NCBI GenBank assembly: GCA_037147435.1
Contig: JBAWVE010000001.1
Location: 464 to 64,463 of the forward strand
Direction of reading: 5' to 3'
DNA length: 64,000 bases
From: Parachlamydiaceae bacterium
Lineage (GTDB): Bacteria; Chlamydiota; Chlamydiia; Chlamydiales; Parachlamydiaceae
Part shown: positions 48,931 through 57,763 of the stretch, piece by piece
Layout of the letters: every line of letters begins with the position of its first letter
Numbering within the stretch: the stretch's first letter is position 1
The notes under the pieces: generated by a model
What the model was told of the DNA's origin: nothing
The model's input: only the letters and a program-made list of their open reading frames with translations
Database searches by the model: none
Program-made: the position numbers and the translations under genes

Positions 48931-49926
48931 CTATTGAAAATGGTCAAAGTTTGTATAGCGCGTTTGAATGACTTCTCCCTGCCTATGGTAGATGAGTTCT
49001 TCTGACTGGCTAGTGATATGGCCGATATCGAAGAGAGGCAATCTAAATGTACTTTGAAAGGAATTCTGAATAGATTCAAAAGCATCTGCAGAAACTGTGA
49101 GGAGCAAACAGTAGTCTTCTCCACCCGTCAATGCAAGTTCAAGAGTATCCCACCCATGTTCTAAACTGACTCGAATAAGTGGCCCTGAGAGAGGTAATTT
49201 AGAAGTTTCAATGACAGCTCCCTTTTGAGAGCTTTTGATAAGTCGTGTCAAATCACAGTCTAATCCATCTGAAATATCTATCATGGCATGAACTCCACTT
49301 TGCGCAGCTAACCATATCCCCTGTTTAGGATTTGGTTCAGGATGAAAATGCGCGCGAAGAAGATATTCGATATCTTTTGTTTTTGCCGTTTTCTCTTGAA
49401 GAGCTTTTAATCCTCCTCCCGACTCTCCTAAATACCCGCTAACACAGATGACATCTCCAACCTCGGCTTGATGCCGATATTTTATCCTCGCTGTCATGGC
49501 AGAACCCATTAAAGTGAGATTGAAAAAGAGATCTCTTTTTGATCCAACTGTATCGCCTCCTAAAAGAAGGATCTCCCATTTCTCACAAGCGTCTTTCACT
49601 CCCTGGATGACGTTACATACCCACGTGCTATCGACTGCATTTGGAAGTGCTATCGATAAAAAGGCATATTTTGGCTCACCTCCCATAGCGGTTATATCGC
49701 TCACATTGACAGCAACTGTCTTGTATCCTAAATCTGTGGCTGCGATCTGATCTTTCAAAAAGTGTACCCCTTCAACCAACGCATCTGTTGTGACGAGCCA
49801 TGCCATCCCTTGTTCTCCAGGAATGACCGCACAGTCATCACCAATTCCTACAATAAAGTTTGTGGAGGGAAATTGTTTTGCCAAATACTGAATAAATCTT
49901 TCTTCACCCCAATCTTGAAATGACAT
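48931..49926 (-). CDS. thiL: Thiamine-monophosphate kinase
   Basis: AIR-synthase-like fold with GIGDDCAVI...TTDALVEGVHF...DISDGL. Confidence 0.85.
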   Translation of the reverse strand: MSFQDWGEERFIQYLAKQFPSTNFIVGIGDDCAVIPGEQGMAWLVTTDALVEGVHFLKDQIAATDLGYKTVAVNVSDITAMGGEPKYAFLSIALPNAVDSTWVCNVIQGVKDACEKWEILLLGGDTVGSKRDLFFNLTLMGSAMTARIKYRHQAEVGDVICVSGYLGESGGGLKALQEKTAKTKDIEYLLRAHFHPEPNPKQGIWLAAQSGVHAMIDISDGLDCDLTRLIKSSQKGAVIETSKLPLSGPLIRVSLEHGWDTLELALTGGEDYCLLLTVSADAFESIQNSFQSTFRLPLFDIGHITSQSEELIYHRQGEVIQTRYTNFDHFQ

Positions 49927-50551
49927 TTCTCATCCTATTTGTGATCGTAATAGCTGCGAGTCTAGGACAAGGTGCATCAAAGATAGCTGAGACAACAGCC
50001 ACTCCTACGGCTCCACATTCAAGAACTCTCTCCACATTTGTCTCATCAATAGCCCCAATTGCAACAATTGGATGACGAGAAATAGAGCAAATGTCCTTCA
50101 AACCGTCAAGTCCCCAAGGCTTGTGATGAGTAGACTTTGTTTTTGTGAGAAATACGGGACTGGCAGCAAGATAGTCCAAGTCCTCATCTGCCGCAGCTAT
50201 CACTTGTTCGATTGTCTCTACGGAAAGTCCAATGATCGCCTGCTTGCCAAGAATAGCTCTGGCTTCAGAGACTTTTAAATCAGATTGTCCTAAATGCACC
50301 CCATCTGCATTCACTGCATGAGCGACATCAACTCTGTCATTAATAATTAGAGGAATGCCAAGCGGCTTTAAAAATGAGCGTAGTTTTTTTCCTATCTCAA
50401 TCATTTCACAGGCGGCTGTTTCTTTTTCTCTTAATTGAATGACTTTGACGCCCCCATCAATCGATTGGCGGATAATCCTGAAGAAATCTTCAAGAGCTAG
50501 CATTCCTCGGTTCGTAACTAGGTAAAGAGAAAGATCAATAAAAGGTTTCAT
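49904..50551 (-). CDS. thiE: Thiamine-phosphate synthase
   Basis: ThiE pattern LYLVTNR...VIQLREK...LIINDRVDVAHAVNADGVHLGQSD. Confidence 0.9.
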   Translation of the reverse strand: MKPFIDLSLYLVTNRGMLALEDFFRIIRQSIDGGVKVIQLREKETAACEMIEIGKKLRSFLKPLGIPLIINDRVDVAHAVNADGVHLGQSDLKVSEARAILGKQAIIGLSVETIEQVIAAADEDLDYLAASPVFLTKTKSTHHKPWGLDGLKDICSISRHPIVAIGAIDETNVERVLECGAVGVAVVSAIFDAPCPRLAAITITNRMRNVISRLG

Positions 50552-51354
50552 AGATATTCCAAGCGTACGCGCCCCTCTATGTCATTCAATGAAATATTAT
50601 AGAGAGTATCGATAAACGCGAGTTTAAATGATCCAGGTCCACGCACATTTTCAGCAGCAATTTCACCAGCAATTCCCATTAGAATCGCTGCATGTACAGA
50701 TCCCATTAAAGGATCTTTATTAACCGCTAAAAATGCTCCTGAAATGGCTGTAGCAGTACATCCCATGCCAGTCACCTTTCCCATTAACATATGTCCGTTA
50801 TGAATGAGAAAAAGGGACTGGCCATCAGTGACAACATCTGTTTTCCCGCTCATCCAGATGATGCACTTATGTTTAATAGCCAGTGTTTTTGCTTGTTCTA
50901 AATAATCAGAAGCATTTAAAAGGCTATCAACACCCTTGCTTAAAGCTTTGTTTCCATTGAGTGATAAGATTTCCGATGCATTGCCTCTAATGACCGTGAC
51001 CATGCCATGATTGAGAATAGTGTTAGAAGTCTCTGTTCTAAAGGATGTGGCTCCTGAACCAACAGGATCAAATATGATTGGAATGTCTTTAGAATTAGCT
51101 ACTTTTAGAGCAAGCATCATTCCTGCGATCCAGGAAGAGCTTAAAGTCCCAATGTTCAAAACAAGGCTATTTGCAATCCTAGCCATGTCTTCTGTTTCTT
51201 CTACAGCATGAGCCATAACGGGAGAGGCCCCAATAGCCAAAAGACTATTAGCGGTCTGCTCCATGACAACATAATTGGTAATATTATGGACAAGAGGAGA
51301 AAATTTTTTGATTGCCTGGATATCTAACCAGACACCCTGTGGGTCTATTCGCAT
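50548..51354 (-). CDS. thiM: Hydroxyethylthiazole kinase
   Basis: ThiM pattern PLVHNITNYVVMEQTANSLLAIGASPVMA...DPVG...TGMGC. The ATG at 51354 lies 7 nt after GGAGGGA, which belongs to the riboswitch. The track start at 51360 is GTG. Confidence 0.9.
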   Translation of the reverse strand: MRIDPQGVWLDIQAIKKFSPLVHNITNYVVMEQTANSLLAIGASPVMAHAVEETEDMARIANSLVLNIGTLSSSWIAGMMLALKVANSKDIPIIFDPVGSGATSFRTETSNTILNHGMVTVIRGNASEILSLNGNKALSKGVDSLLNASDYLEQAKTLAIKHKCIIWMSGKTDVVTDGQSLFLIHNGHMLMGKVTGMGCTATAISGAFLAVNKDPLMGSVHAAILMGIAGEIAAENVRGPGSFKLAFIDTLYNISLNDIEGRVRLEYL

Positions 51355-51361
51355 CTTCACG

Positions 51362-51447
51362 CTCCCTCCGCTGGTATTATCCAGATCAGGTTTTAGGGAC
51401 TCTCTCAGCTAAGTTACGACAAATCGCGTGCTTAGCACCCCTGGTGA
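51362..51447 (-). promoter_or_regulatory. TPP (THI-box) riboswitch controlling the thiM operon
   Basis: The minus strand reads caccAGGGGTGCtaagc...GCTGAGAgagtCCCTaaaACCTGATCTGGATAATACCAGCGGAGGGA, which matches the conserved TPP aptamer core. The 3' GGAGGGA doubles as the thiM Shine-Dalgarno sequence. Confidence 0.9.
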
Positions 51448-51650
51448 TTAAAAGTTTGTTATACTAAAAGTATAGTGAGATTGATCGTATCATCATCAGC
51501 AAGATTTCTTCAACCACAAAAATTAAACCAAAAGTGAAATTTGCTGAATTTTTCACGTGGATTTGCTACAATCTACTCTTCAGGAAGCCAGATTGCTCGA
51601 GAAGCATGGTTTAATTTTTTAGAAAAATTTTTAGATGAAATAGAAGTGTC

Positions 51651-51924
51651 ATGGATACAGCAATAAAAATAGATCGACTTTCCAAGACGTTCGTTGCACG
51701 TGATACATTTCCAGGCATTTTAGGTGCATTAAAGGGACTTTTTTTTGCTCGAAAACACGAAATCACGGCGATTAAAGAATTGTCGTTTGAAATTAAAACT
51801 GGTGAGCGCGTTGCGTTTATTGGACCCAACGGTGCTGGAAAATCGACCACAATTAAAATGTTAACAGGTATTTTACATCCGACATCTGGAAACGTCGAAG
51901 TCTTAGGTTTAGTGCCCTGGAAAG
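51651..51924 (+). pseudogene. ABC transporter ATP-binding protein, N-terminal fragment (gene split by IS insertion)
   Basis: Walker A motif GPNGAGKST. The reading frame is cut at the IS left end. Removing the IS and one TSD copy restores ...VPWK|DRHSLGYQIG.... Confidence 0.85.
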
Positions 51925-53345
51925 CTTGACGTTACCCACAAATTTCTTGAATACGAGAGCTCATAGAATGTAAGCTTTCTTCCCTATAACAAGGGAGAGA
52001 AAGATGAACAAAGAATGGGTTGAAAAGCAATGGCAAGGGGCAGAGCTTGGAGACAAACGCCTTGCAAAAAGAGCTATTAAGATTGGGAAGGCTTGTTTGG
52101 AAACACCAGGTGGTAGCCTCCCTGAGAAATTCGGATCGTGGGGGGAGACAAAAGGAGCCTATCGATTTTTTGATTCAAAGGCGGTTTCTCATGAAGCGTT
52201 GCAGAAAGCACATAACAATAATGTTATCCAAACTGCCTCGACAACAAAGCAAATGGTTCTCTTTATCCAAGATGGTTCCGAGCTAATCTACAACACCCAT
52301 AAGTGCACACATAGACTGGGGCCTACTGCGGATGCCTTTGGTCAAGGTATTATGTTTCACACGGCTTTAGCCGTAGAGTGGACAAGAAAACATGATCCAA
52401 TAGTAATAGGCGTGGCTAAGCAAGCGGCGTGGATTCGTCCGGAATATAGCGAAGAAAAAAAAGTTAAAGAGCAGGAGGAAAAGGAATCCCAAGTTTGGCT
52501 AAGTATGTTGAAGGACATAGGAAGACCGCCGCCAAATAGTCGATGGGTTTCTGTAGGAGATCGAGGCAATGATATTTACGAATATGTTGTAGGTGCTGTG
52601 CACGCGGGGTGGAATCTGGTTGTTCGGGCAAAACATGATAGAACAATATTGGTAGATGGTGAAAACAAGAAATTGAAAGCCTGGATAAGAAGCCTTAAAT
52701 GTGGTGCTGATTACAAGCTAGATTTGAGATCGCGAGGAGATAAATTGTCGAGAGTTGCAGAGTTAAAGGTTTGTTGGGGACAAGTCTTAATGCAATCGCC
52801 ACAAGACAAGAAAGGAGAAACAATATCGGTGACTTACATTAGGGCGTATGATCCTGAGGATGCTGAGTTAGAATGGATACTGGTAACAACGCTAAAAGTT
52901 GATTCAGCAGAGGACGCGCTCACAATAGTCCAAATATATGAGCATAGATGGATCATTGAAGAATACCATAAATGCCTGAAAACGGGTTGTCGAATCGAAG
53001 ATGCACAGCTAAAAACGGGAAAACGTTTGTTGGCTTTACTTGGCATATTGGGAGTTGTCGCAACACAGCTCTTAAAACTGAGGGATCTTAGTAGGCAGCA
53101 ACCAGATAGGCCTGCAAAAGATGTGATTGAGAAGGAAATTATAGAAATAGTAAAAAGCAAATTCGATCTCGAAGGAGAAGTGAGTTTAAAGGAACTTTGG
53201 AGGAGGATAGCCATGATGGGAGGATTTTTAGGTAGGAAATCCGACGGAAGTCCTGGATGGCAAACGATTTGGAAAGGCTGGTTACGCATTCAAGACATGC
53301 TAGCAGGAATGGCACTGGTTAAAAAAAATTGTGGGTAACGTCAAG
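51925..53345 (+). mobile_element. Intact IS4-family (Tn5/IS50-like) insertion sequence, 1421 bp
   Basis: Perfect 17-bp terminal inverted repeats CTTGACGTTACCCACAA (51925-51941) and TTGTGGGTAACGTCAAG (53329-53345). 9-bp target site duplication CCTGGAAAG at 51916-51924 and 53346-53354. Confidence 0.9.
52004..53338 (+). CDS. IS4/Tn5-like DDE transposase
   Basis: N-terminal Tn5-type DNA-binding region QGAELGDKRLAKRAIKIGKACLETPGGSLPEKF. YREK signature region YEHRWIIEEYHKCLKTGCRIE. The stop codon lies inside the right IR. Confidence 0.9.
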   Translation: MNKEWVEKQWQGAELGDKRLAKRAIKIGKACLETPGGSLPEKFGSWGETKGAYRFFDSKAVSHEALQKAHNNNVIQTASTTKQMVLFIQDGSELIYNTHKCTHRLGPTADAFGQGIMFHTALAVEWTRKHDPIVIGVAKQAAWIRPEYSEEKKVKEQEEKESQVWLSMLKDIGRPPPNSRWVSVGDRGNDIYEYVVGAVHAGWNLVVRAKHDRTILVDGENKKLKAWIRSLKCGADYKLDLRSRGDKLSRVAELKVCWGQVLMQSPQDKKGETISVTYIRAYDPEDAELEWILVTTLKVDSAEDALTIVQIYEHRWIIEEYHKCLKTGCRIEDAQLKTGKRLLALLGILGVVATQLLKLRDLSRQQPDRPAKDVIEKEIIEIVKSKFDLEGEVSLKELWRRIAMMGGFLGRKSDGSPGWQTIWKGWLRIQDMLAGMALVKKNCG

Positions 53346-54070
53346 CCTGGAAAGATAGACATTCCCTTGGATATCAAATAGGTACTGTTTTTGGACAAAG
53401 AACGCAACTATGGTATCACCTCCCTCCTTCGGATACCTTTGCGCTTCTTTCAAAAATCTATGAAATTAATCCTCCAGCCTATAAAGAGCGCCTCCAAGAA
53501 CTTGTACATCTGTTTGAAATAGAACATCTTTTAAATAAGCCAGTGCGCCAGCTGTCACTTGGGGAAAGAATGCGCTGTGAAATCGTTGCCAGTCTGCTTC
53601 ATAAGCCTAAAATTCTATTTCTAGATGAGCCAACGATTGGGCTAGACATCAATGCAAAATTGATGATACGCGGACTTTTAAATAAGTTGTCTAAAGATCA
53701 TGGGACGACCTTATTCCTAACATCACATGACACGGCTGATATTGAACAAGTCTGTGATCGAGTGATCGTATTGGACAAAGGGCTGATCATTACAGATAGT
53801 TCTCTTAGAGACCTGAAAAAGACTTATATGAAAAAGAAAATTCTCACTCTGGTGACAGATGAAGAGGTTCTATCACTAAATCTCCCCGGAATGAAGGTAT
53901 TGGAAAATGCACATCACCATTTTAGTTGCGAAGTAGATATTGGACTGACTCCGATCGATCGAGTGATCCAGGAAGCTCTAAAATTGACGAGTCTAAAAGA
54001 TGTAACCATTGAAGATCCCTCTATGGAAGAAGTGATTCGCCTTTTGTATGGGAAGACATCCCATGTTTAA
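53346..54070 (+). pseudogene. ABC transporter ATP-binding protein, C-terminal fragment
   Basis: Q-loop region, ABC signature LSLGERMR, Walker B ILFLDEPTIGLD and H-loop TSHD. In frame with the N-terminal fragment once the IS and TSD are removed. Confidence 0.85.
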
Positions 54071-54851
54071 AATGCAAAAATATCGTGCAATTTTTCACTT
54101 ATCTTTTGTTCATACTTTAAAAAACTACAAAGCCCTCATTGGACTAAGCATTTTCTTAATGACATGCTTGGTTATTTTCGCGCATCTTTGGAAAATTGCG
54201 GCTGCAAAAAAGGGAATAGTAACCTTCACTCCAGAGCAGCTCCTATGGTATATTGCATTTAATGAATGGGTACTTGTTTCTATTCCAGATACTCAAGAGG
54301 ATATGGAACAGGACTTGCGAAGCGGCCGTTTAGCTTATCTGCTTCCAAGACCCATTTCCTATCTTGGGGGGATATTTGCTGAAGCTGCCGGTACCCTCAC
54401 TGTAAACCTGCTCATTTTAGGACTGGTGACTTTCCTGTTTACTTGGTTGCAAGTTGGCGCATTGCCTTTTCATCCTATTGGTTTACTAGTTACAGTCATC
54501 TTCGGATTCGCTGCTGGTGTTATTGGAATCATTTTTCGAATGCTTATTGGTCTATCCGCTTTTTGGTTACACGAAGCAGACCCTTTTTTTTGGATATGGG
54601 AAAAACTGCTTTTTATGCTTGGAGGATTGATGCTTCCTCTGACCGTATATCCCCAGTGGTTGCAAACAATAGCCCATTTCACCCCTTTTCCTGCGATTTT
54701 AGGTCAGAGAAGTGCACTTGCACTGGATTTCAATCTGCATCAAATTTCGACGCTTGCCTGCTCATTAATCGGATGGGGAGCTTTTGGATTCATATGCCTT
54801 CTTCTGCTCTATCGTAAAGGCCTACGCATATTAAATATTGAGGGAGGGTGA
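54063..54851 (+). CDS. ABC-2 type transporter permease
   Basis: Six or so hydrophobic segments. The ATG at 54063 overlaps the ATPase stop (ATGTTTAA). Confidence 0.7.
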   Translation: MFKMQKYRAIFHLSFVHTLKNYKALIGLSIFLMTCLVIFAHLWKIAAAKKGIVTFTPEQLLWYIAFNEWVLVSIPDTQEDMEQDLRSGRLAYLLPRPISYLGGIFAEAAGTLTVNLLILGLVTFLFTWLQVGALPFHPIGLLVTVIFGFAAGVIGIIFRMLIGLSAFWLHEADPFFWIWEKLLFMLGGLMLPLTVYPQWLQTIAHFTPFPAILGQRSALALDFNLHQISTLACSLIGWGAFGFICLLLLYRKGLRILNIEGG

Positions 54852-54855
54852 TTAA

Positions 54856-55641
54856 GTGCTAAAAACTATGACATTTTTTGTACACCTTCTTAGGACAAGC
54901 ATGAAGGCATCTATCAGTAAAAGAGGAGCTTTTCTGATAGAATCAGCTTTAATGATCGCGAATAACCTAATCTTCTTTTCCATTTGGTGGATCTTTTTTC
55001 GCCAATTTAATGATGTTGCCGGGTGGAACTTCAATGACATGATCATCCTTATGGCTGTCGGAACAGGAGGCTACGGATTGATGCAAATATGCTTTGGAGG
55101 AGTCAGAAATTTGTCAAAAATCATTTTAAGTGGTGATCTTGATCCATTTATGACGCAACCAAAAAATTTGCTCTTGCACATTGCCGGCTCGAAATCATTG
55201 TCAAAGGGCTGGGGTCATTTGATGACTTCAGTCACACTAATAGTTTTAGGGGGAATTACCACACCTCATACAATCCTCTTAATCCTGATAGGTATTTTAA
55301 GTGGCTGTTTGGTCTTTACTTCTATAAATGTGATTGCTCACAGCCTTCCTTTTTGGATGGGATCTGTAGAAGGCTTATCTAAAAAATACTGTGATTCTCT
55401 TTTTCTTTTTGCTCTTTATCCTACGAATATTTACTCAGGAATACTGCAAGTGGTGATGTTCACTTTAATTCCTGCTGGAGTCATCAGTTACCTTCCTGTT
55501 GAACTCATTCGTCATTTTTCATGGTCACGGCTGCTTCTTTTAATGGGAAGCTCCTTATGTTTTTTAGCCATCTCTTTTATCGTGTTTTACTCCGGACTCA
55601 AAAAGTATGAATCTGGAAATAGGTTCGGAACCCGCTTGTAG
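54856..55641 (+). CDS. ABC-2 type transporter permease (second subunit)
   Basis: Polytopic membrane protein. GTG start 7 nt after GGAGGG. Confidence 0.7.
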   Translation: MLKTMTFFVHLLRTSMKASISKRGAFLIESALMIANNLIFFSIWWIFFRQFNDVAGWNFNDMIILMAVGTGGYGLMQICFGGVRNLSKIILSGDLDPFMTQPKNLLLHIAGSKSLSKGWGHLMTSVTLIVLGGITTPHTILLILIGILSGCLVFTSINVIAHSLPFWMGSVEGLSKKYCDSLFLFALYPTNIYSGILQVVMFTLIPAGVISYLPVELIRHFSWSRLLLLMGSSLCFLAISFIVFYSGLKKYESGNRFGTRL

Positions 55642-55672
55642 ATGTAATAGACCAGAAATTTTATCTTGTCCG

Positions 55673-56299
55673 CTACTTGTCCGCCGACTTGTCCGGTAAA
55701 AAGTTCTTCAATCGATATTCTATTTTTGGCAATCCATCAGATTCATATCGTACAAAAACAAGTGTTCCGGACAAGTTGTTTGAAATAGGTTGAACACGAT
55801 GGTTTTTGAAATGCGCCTCTAATAAAAAACCTAATCGCTTAGGAATAGCAGCGCTTTTTGTATTTTTTGGGTCACAGCGTATTTCAATGCGTTTAGCATC
55901 CCAAATGGAAAAGGCATGCTGTGTCAGCATATTAACAGCTTCGGTAATGAGTCCATCTCCAGAATGCTGGTTGTTCGCCCAATAACCCACTTCAAATGCA
56001 GGAACTTTCCAATTAATAGCATTAAATCCAGCAGAACCAATCAAATTTTCCTCATTCGCATCAAAAATCAACAATGGCAGTTCTTCTGGATCTTCTATCG
56101 ACCAACACTTTTGTGAAAATTCAATATAAACTTTCGTTTCTTCTATTGATGGTGGCTTGATGGCCCATTCCATCCATTCATGCAACTTATCAAACGAATC
56201 TAAAATTGCTTGATTTAACAAAAACTCATCTCCATTCATGTGTGGGCGGATACAGATTCTTGAGCTGGTAAGAACGCAAGGGGTAATTTTGTGTTTCAT
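55673..56299 (-). CDS. GNAT acetyltransferase (RimJ/RimL-like), last gene of a coupled four-gene operon
   Basis: 208 aa. Typical RimL-type layout (ICIRPHMNGDEF...IGSAGFNAINWKVPAFEVGYWANNQHSGDGLITEAV...RIEIRCDPKNTKSAAIPKRLGF). ATGA start/stop overlap with the upstream gene. Confidence 0.65.
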   Translation of the reverse strand: MKHKITPCVLTSSRICIRPHMNGDEFLLNQAILDSFDKLHEWMEWAIKPPSIEETKVYIEFSQKCWSIEDPEELPLLIFDANEENLIGSAGFNAINWKVPAFEVGYWANNQHSGDGLITEAVNMLTQHAFSIWDAKRIEIRCDPKNTKSAAIPKRLGFLLEAHFKNHRVQPISNNLSGTLVFVRYESDGLPKIEYRLKNFLPDKSADK

Positions 56300-57174
56300 T
56301 GTTTTGCTCTATCTAGTTTTGGCGGCGCATAAGCAATTTCGCCAAGTTCGCTTAAAAAATCCCATTCAGAGTAGCGTTCGTATCCATTAAGATCGGTAAG
56401 AAAAGTTGTATTTGGAGTTCTGCAAATGATGTTTGAGATTCTCACGCCATGCTTGCCCGCTTCATCTTGATAATGTTCCAATTTTTCAAGTAGACTCCTT
56501 TCAAGCATCTCTTCCGTTTGGACATCAGAGCATAGAAAAATAAATTTAAGCTCAAATAGGTCTGCAATATCAGCGCGAGGTTGCCAGTCGAGATAAATAA
56601 AGGACACTGATTCGTGGATCGGAGAGCCTTTGTTTTGACCATGTGTTTGCTTTTCATCAAGACACTTTAGGATGAGTGTCAAAAGCTCGGGTTTCACGCG
56701 CTCTACCAACAGATTTGGAAGCGCTATGCGTGTATAAGAGCGACCAAGCCATCCAGCTAACCTTGTTGAACCTTCCATGCCAATTTCAAATTCTTGTAAT
56801 GGGTTGATATTGAGAAGAAGATGTCTATCAAAGAAGAATCGTCGATTTATGTCACACTCAATGCATTTAAACTCAGAACTGCCAATCACCTCAATATGAA
56901 GTTTTCGTTGATTTTTTCCAGTGGCTTCAAAAGCCTTCGAGTTGTATTTAGGAAGTAGCTTAACGACCATGGCTTCAACGATAGGATCTGTTGCAAATCT
57001 AGATGACACGACCGTGCAGGATTGTGTGCATAGAACGAGAAGTTCGCCATCTGTCAATTGAATATTCTCTACAATACCACGTAGATCAAAAATTGCACCT
57101 TGGCGCCAACCTTTATCTAAGATTGTTTTTGCGCAGGCGATGTCAGGATCATCCTTTTTTAATTTATGAGTCAT
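56296..57174 (-). CDS. Hypothetical protein (292 aa), no recognisable motif
   Basis: ORF overlapping its upstream neighbour by 11 nt and its downstream neighbour by 4 nt. Confidence 0.6.
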   Translation of the reverse strand: MTHKLKKDDPDIACAKTILDKGWRQGAIFDLRGIVENIQLTDGELLVLCTQSCTVVSSRFATDPIVEAMVVKLLPKYNSKAFEATGKNQRKLHIEVIGSSEFKCIECDINRRFFFDRHLLLNINPLQEFEIGMEGSTRLAGWLGRSYTRIALPNLLVERVKPELLTLILKCLDEKQTHGQNKGSPIHESVSFIYLDWQPRADIADLFELKFIFLCSDVQTEEMLERSLLEKLEHYQDEAGKHGVRISNIICRTPNTTFLTDLNGYERYSEWDFLSELGEIAYAPPKLDRAKQ

Positions 57175-57760
57175 AGGAGGTAGTCACCTCGCGAGATTCC
57201 CGCAAAAAGGAGTTGGACTTAATAGAGGAGGTGGAGGTGCCTAAACCTTCTCGAATTTCTTCCTTCTTAGCCAGTGGCCAAAGTTGAGACAGTGCGTTGC
57301 GAATGGACATCTTGTCTAAAACTTTTGCTTGCAGCATAGAGGCAAGAGATTGTTCCCCTATAATGTTACGAGACCAAAATCGATAAAGATGGCGAAGACT
57401 CGTGAGCTTATTTTCATTCAGCAAAGAGTAGACTTTTTCTAACCGTTCTTGATTGTGAACTTTCACAGCACCGCCACTCAGCCAGGCATATACAGATTTT
57501 CTTTCAACCCCTGCAATTTCAGCTATAACCGCTATAGGGATGCCCTCTTCCCTTAGCCAAGTAACAATTTCTTGGCTAGATAGGGAAGGACGTTTTACTA
57601 CTTCAGCAGTTCCAAAGTATGCAGTTCGCTGTTTAATCCACATTTGGGGTCGAAGCATGAATTCGGTTGCGCCATTAGATGAAGTTCCAAAAACACATCC
57701 AAGCCCAATAATCGCTCCTGCATAAGGAGCAGTAAAAGATCCCGCTTGTAAAAAATGCAT
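57164..57760 (-). CDS. HTH-containing protein (Xre-like; C-terminal part faintly resembles the Xre/MbcA/ParS antitoxin toxin-binding domain)
   Basis: HTH IAVIAEIAGVERKSVYAWLSGG. C-terminal segment LRHLYRFWSRNIIGEQSLASMLQAKVLDKMSIRNALSQL. Confidence 0.55.
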   Translation of the reverse strand: MHFLQAGSFTAPYAGAIIGLGCVFGTSSNGATEFMLRPQMWIKQRTAYFGTAEVVKRPSLSSQEIVTWLREEGIPIAVIAEIAGVERKSVYAWLSGGAVKVHNQERLEKVYSLLNENKLTSLRHLYRFWSRNIIGEQSLASMLQAKVLDKMSIRNALSQLWPLAKKEEIREGLGTSTSSIKSNSFLRESREVTTSYDS

Positions 57761-57763
57761 TCT

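Noticed and set aside
51611-51850. 79-aa minus-strand ORF opposite the ABC ATPase N-terminal fragment
   Set aside because: It is antisense to a clear Walker A-containing frame.
55641-55700. Triple cttgtccg direct repeat at the ABC permease / GNAT boundary
   Set aside because: Two copies encode the C-terminal PDKSADK of the GNAT gene on the minus strand. The repeat is too short and too coding-embedded to call a site.
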